Below, in pieces: positions 61,042 to 64,000 of a DNA stretch of 64,000 nucleotides. Position 1 is the first letter of the stretch. Each line of letters opens with the position of its first letter. The notes under the pieces were generated by a model. That model was not told the DNA's origin. It worked only from the letters and a program-made list of their open reading frames with translations, and did not search any database. A program made the position numbers and the translations under genes. The stretch lies in assembly GCA_029351405.1 (NCBI GenBank), contig GCA_029351405.1_4841.1; one strand, given 5' to 3'. The stretch is from Escherichia coli. GTDB taxonomy: Bacteria > Pseudomonadota > Gammaproteobacteria > Enterobacterales > Enterobacteriaceae.

Positions 61042-63252
61042 TCACCGTCTCAGCCATTCTTCCATAGACATACCAGAGTGTTCATCATAAACCTGAATTC
61101 CACCGAACCCTGGGATGTTCTCCACAGAGTGAGGATCTGGCGTCGACATCATACCCCCAAATGGTAGCATCTGTGATTCTTCCATCGCAGACAACCGTCC
61201 TCTCATGTCCGCAGAGATATTTGAATTGGTGAGATCACTAAACCATTCTTGTTTCACCGCCCATGCATACAACACGAGGGGCATTACACAGTCATCATGA
61301 CAACCATCATCGGCTTCATACCTTGTTCCAGTCCATACGAATGTACTGAGTTCATCTATCGTGTCCTGGTCATCTATCACCAGCATTTCACGTTCAATCA
61401 GGGCTTTCAGGTTGGCACAGCCGTTTGTGCGCACCTTCTTGTTGGTATTGATACCAGGTTCAGGGCGGCGACCACCGATTCTCTTGCCTGTGCCCTTGGT
61501 ATCTGTTGTGGTGAAGATGATCTCGGGATATTCAATTTCCTGGTATAGAATTGTGATTACCTGACCACCCACGTCGTTGTTGGTCTCGACTAGCATCGGG
61601 CACGTTCCATACTTCTCGCCCATATCGGCGATTGTGTACGCATACATCATTGGAGGTATCGTGTTATTTCGATACTTGGCTGCGATCTTGTGAGGATAGT
61701 CTGTGATGTCGATAATGGTCAGCACAGAATAATCCCCTTCGACACCCTTGCCTGTATCTGCGATACCCATATAGATGCGCTTAGGATCGTAGTCGTGATA
61801 AATCTTGGTGAACTCGTTCGGCTCCTGATACAGCTTCGAGGTCATCTTGTCCAGACACTTGGCAGGTATCAGTGATCCCACAGAACCACGGAACTTAATA
61901 CCAAATTCTTGATCGAAACGTGCATCACCCAGCTTCGCCCTTTGTTTGGATTCCCAGTCTGGATCTTTGGTGTACGTTGGAACACGATACCATGGGACCT
62001 CTGTGAGTTTGAAGTCGTTGTATTGTGGATGTTCTGGGTTCGCCTTGGTGACGATGTCGTAGAACAACCCGCGCTGACCTTTCGGCGTACTGGTCAGAAT
62101 ACAACGTGAAGTCTCTGCAGATGCAATCGCCGGGAATGTAGACTCCCAGAATTCAAAGTCGTTTTCAATGAACGCCACTTCGTCCACATACAGGAGCGAT
62201 ACAGATCGACCACGGATGGAGTCGGAAGATGTCGCATAGGCGTAGATCTTTGATCCGTTTTCGAACTCGATCAGCGTGGAACCGAACTTCTCACAACCCT
62301 GTTGGAGGAAGAATGGCAAATCTTGATATGCTTTGCGAATACGATCTAGGATTTCAATCGCCTGCTTCTCTTTGTTCGCCAGTACTGCGATCTCTTTGTC
62401 AGAGTGGAACATGGCATACCAGAGCAGGAACGCTGCCACGACAGTCGTGTTGTGGCTGAGGAAGCCGTTGGTGTAGTAGCGCTGATCACTAGATTTCACC
62501 TGTAGGTCATACATGTGATGCGTCTCACCAGTCTGCCAAACCTCACGGATTTCTTCTGGACCTTCTGATGTCATGATGTATGACCCAGCATTCAGGTCTT
62601 TGGCAAATATCTCCTTCATTTCCGGGGTGAAGAATATGTGTTCGTCGGCCACGTTAATTCGCCGCCCAGTAACAGTCACAATAACGAATTCCGCATATTT
62701 CTTCGTCTTATGCGCTGCGATAACCGGAACCCAGCCACTATCGGATTGCACAAAGTAACGTTTGCCGAAGCGGCTGTCCACAAACTTGTCATGGTTGCCA
62801 ATGGTATTCAGCGGCACAGCGTGATTGACGTCCTCGAAACGGCTGTGAAGCTCCCCTATGGTCAGGAGCAACTGCTCTTGGCTGAGAGTATCGTAAACTG
62901 TGACAAGCGTGTCACCTTTTACACATTTCCCAGACTGACGAGCCTGGACGACCGCATTGAATCGATAGTCCTGGAAGTCATGGAACAACTGCTTCTGATA
63001 ATCGTGCATGTCAAAGAGGATGAAGCCTTTATCGATGGTCGTGATCTTGTAGTAGTTGGCGGCGAAGTAATGGGCGTCCATCGCGCACTCGACGAACTCC
63101 GATTCCTGCTCATCTGTTAGCATCAACTCCACACGAGGAGCACGCACAGACGGCTTGCGCATGAACGTTTGGTCCATACGCAGTCTGACGTCTTCTGTCT
63201 TAAACCCCGTCTTGAGCGGGGCATATTCTACATCACGCTTCTGATACGCCAT
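61042..63252 (-). CDS. gp17: terminase large subunit (T4 gp17-like) interrupted by a mini-intein
   Basis: ATG at 63252 with SD GGAGGTG. Walker A is split (RQSGK | intein | TTVVAAF). Walker B-like LLYVDEV. C-terminal nuclease region with DDCVMP. Confidence 0.88.
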   Translation of the reverse strand: MAYQKRDVEYAPLKTGFKTEDVRLRMDQTFMRKPSVRAPRVELMLTDEQESEFVECAMDAHYFAANYYKITTIDKGFILFDMHDYQKQLFHDFQDYRFNAVVQARQSGKCVKGDTLVTVYDTLSQEQLLLTIGELHSRFEDVNHAVPLNTIGNHDKFVDSRFGKRYFVQSDSGWVPVIAAHKTKKYAEFVIVTVTGRRINVADEHIFFTPEMKEIFAKDLNAGSYIMTSEGPEEIREVWQTGETHHMYDLQVKSSDQRYYTNGFLSHNTTVVAAFLLWYAMFHSDKEIAVLANKEKQAIEILDRIRKAYQDLPFFLQQGCEKFGSTLIEFENGSKIYAYATSSDSIRGRSVSLLYVDEVAFIENDFEFWESTFPAIASAETSRCILTSTPKGQRGLFYDIVTKANPEHPQYNDFKLTEVPWYRVPTYTKDPDWESKQRAKLGDARFDQEFGIKFRGSVGSLIPAKCLDKMTSKLYQEPNEFTKIYHDYDPKRIYMGIADTGKGVEGDYSVLTIIDITDYPHKIAAKYRNNTIPPMMYAYTIADMGEKYGTCPMLVETNNDVGGQVITILYQEIEYPEIIFTTTDTKGTGKRIGGRRPEPGINTNKKVRTNGCANLKALIEREMLVIDDQDTIDELSTFVWTGTRYEADDGCHDDCVMPLVLYAWAVKQEWFSDLTNSNISADMRGRLSAMEESQMLPFGGMMSTPDPHSVENIPGFGGIQVYDEHSGMSMEEWLRR
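62449..62925 (-). mobile_element. mini-intein (159 aa) in the TerL P-loop
   Basis: Begins CVKGDTLV and ends GFLSHN, with +1 residue Thr. Block-B-like NVADEH and block F/G-like MYDLQV..YYTNGFLSHN. No endonuclease domain. Confidence 0.8.
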
Positions 63253-63949
63253 CGTCTTCACCTTCTTCCTTCGGCTCTGCCTGAACGTCGATTACATCTT
63301 CTTCGGGATCAGGTCCTTTGGATGCAGCTTTCGCTGCAGTACGTTCTTCAGCACGTTTACGGGCGTCTTCGATGGTCTTCAGTAGATCACGAGAAGACCT
63401 GGCCTGTTTACCGACGTTGACCGTGGTTGTGCCATCAGGGGACGTGGTGACCTCGACGGTTGTTTCGTCTCCAGGAGGTGGCTCTCTGTCGCCCGTGACC
63501 GCCTTGATAGTTTTCTGGTTCTCCATCAGGTCTTTGTTCAGACCGCGCATGAGTTCACCCAACTCTTTGAAGACTGTGAAAGCACGGGGTGCTTCAGTCG
63601 TCGTCGCAAGTTTGGCTGCCTGTCCCATCATGAACATCGTGGCTTCCTGCATGGCATAAGTCGTGTCACGGATGCGTTTGTAGTCGGTGGTGGCATCAGT
63701 GTCTTCGAAGTCTGGAACCTTAGATTCCTTGGGCTTCAGCTCTTCTGGGTCCAATGAAGGAGGAAACACCACAGGCTCATACCCCGCAGTCTCATACCCC
63801 GCAGGCTTTTCACCCAACCATTCGCCTGTATCCGGATCGTAATCTTTTCCGGCCATAGGCGAGGTCTTCTCCATGACTTCTTGAGCGACCTCATCCCGCG
63901 CTTGGATAGCACTGAGGGTGGATAATAGGCGTTCTGACATAGCACTCAT
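63233..63949 (-). CDS. gp16: terminase small subunit (T4 gp16-like)
   Basis: DYKRIRDTTYAMQEATMFMMGQAAKLATTTEAPRAFTVFKELGELMRGLNKDL parallels T4 gp16 [54 protein letters not shown]. ATG at 63949 with SD GGAG. Confidence 0.7.
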   Translation of the reverse strand: MSAMSERLLSTLSAIQARDEVAQEVMEKTSPMAGKDYDPDTGEWLGEKPAGYETAGYEPVVFPPSLDPEELKPKESKVPDFEDTDATTDYKRIRDTTYAMQEATMFMMGQAAKLATTTEAPRAFTVFKELGELMRGLNKDLMENQKTIKAVTGDREPPPGDETTVEVTTSPDGTTTVNVGKQARSSRDLLKTIEDARKRAEERTAAKAASKGPDPEEDVIDVQAEPKEEGEDDGVSEA

Positions 63950-63951
63950 AA

Positions 63952-64000
63952 TCAATCTCCAGGATGATGTACACCGTCTTTGTCAACACGGAACCACTCC
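63952..64000 (-). CDS. 3' end of an unidentified upstream gene (partial)
   Basis: An open frame ..EWFRVDKDGVHHPGD ends at TGA 63952-63954. The rest lies outside the window. Confidence 0.3.
   Translation of the reverse strand, partial: EWFRVDKDGVHHPGD

Overview
This window is a 64-kb segment of a large virulent myovirus genome with a T4-type core. It is not bacterial chromosome. It holds about 85 tightly packed genes, more than 90% on the minus strand, and many are joined by ATGA/TAATG stop-start overlaps.

Recognisable modules, in window order:
- Baseplate hub gp5-like and gp25-like genes (plus strand; gp5-like is cut by the window edge).
- Class Ia ribonucleotide reductase nrdA-nrdB with a glutaredoxin-like gene, then phoH, an endolysin and a primase.
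- A late-promoter islet that includes a 1017-aa unknown protein, then a secreted SLT-type transglycosylase.
- gp46/gp47 (Rad50/Mre11-like), a gp55-like late sigma factor and RNase HI.
- A DinG/XPD-like helicase and an HU-like protein.
- An accessory early region with several exported proteins, an R-S-ExE ADP-ribosyltransferase candidate and a ParB-like nuclease domain.
- A vWA / ACP-like / RyR / possibly TerD-like cluster.
- A probable thymidine-hypermodification enzyme pair.
- regA-62-44-(GIY-YIG homing endonuclease)-45 in T4 order, then uvsW, an exonuclease and uvsY.
- A head/tail block: gp23 major capsid, gp22, gp21, gp68/67-like, gp20 portal, gp19 tube, gp18 sheath, gp17 TerL carrying a mini-intein in its P-loop, and gp16 TerS.

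The regulatory grammar can be read directly from the sequence:
- Six sigma70-type early promoters, TTTACT-N16/17-TATAcT, with a TTATTGAA upstream element.
- A 24-nt conserved translation-initiation cassette, TTGAAAnnnAGGAACTATATCATG, on small early genes.
- A cTAAaTAc / TATAAATA late motif 20-40 nt upstream of structural genes, several times embedded in terminator hairpins.

No rRNA, tRNA or CRISPR array was seen. The gene content is reminiscent of ViI-like (Ackermannviridae-type) phages, but that is inference only. All homology calls come from motif recognition by eye, because no database search was possible.
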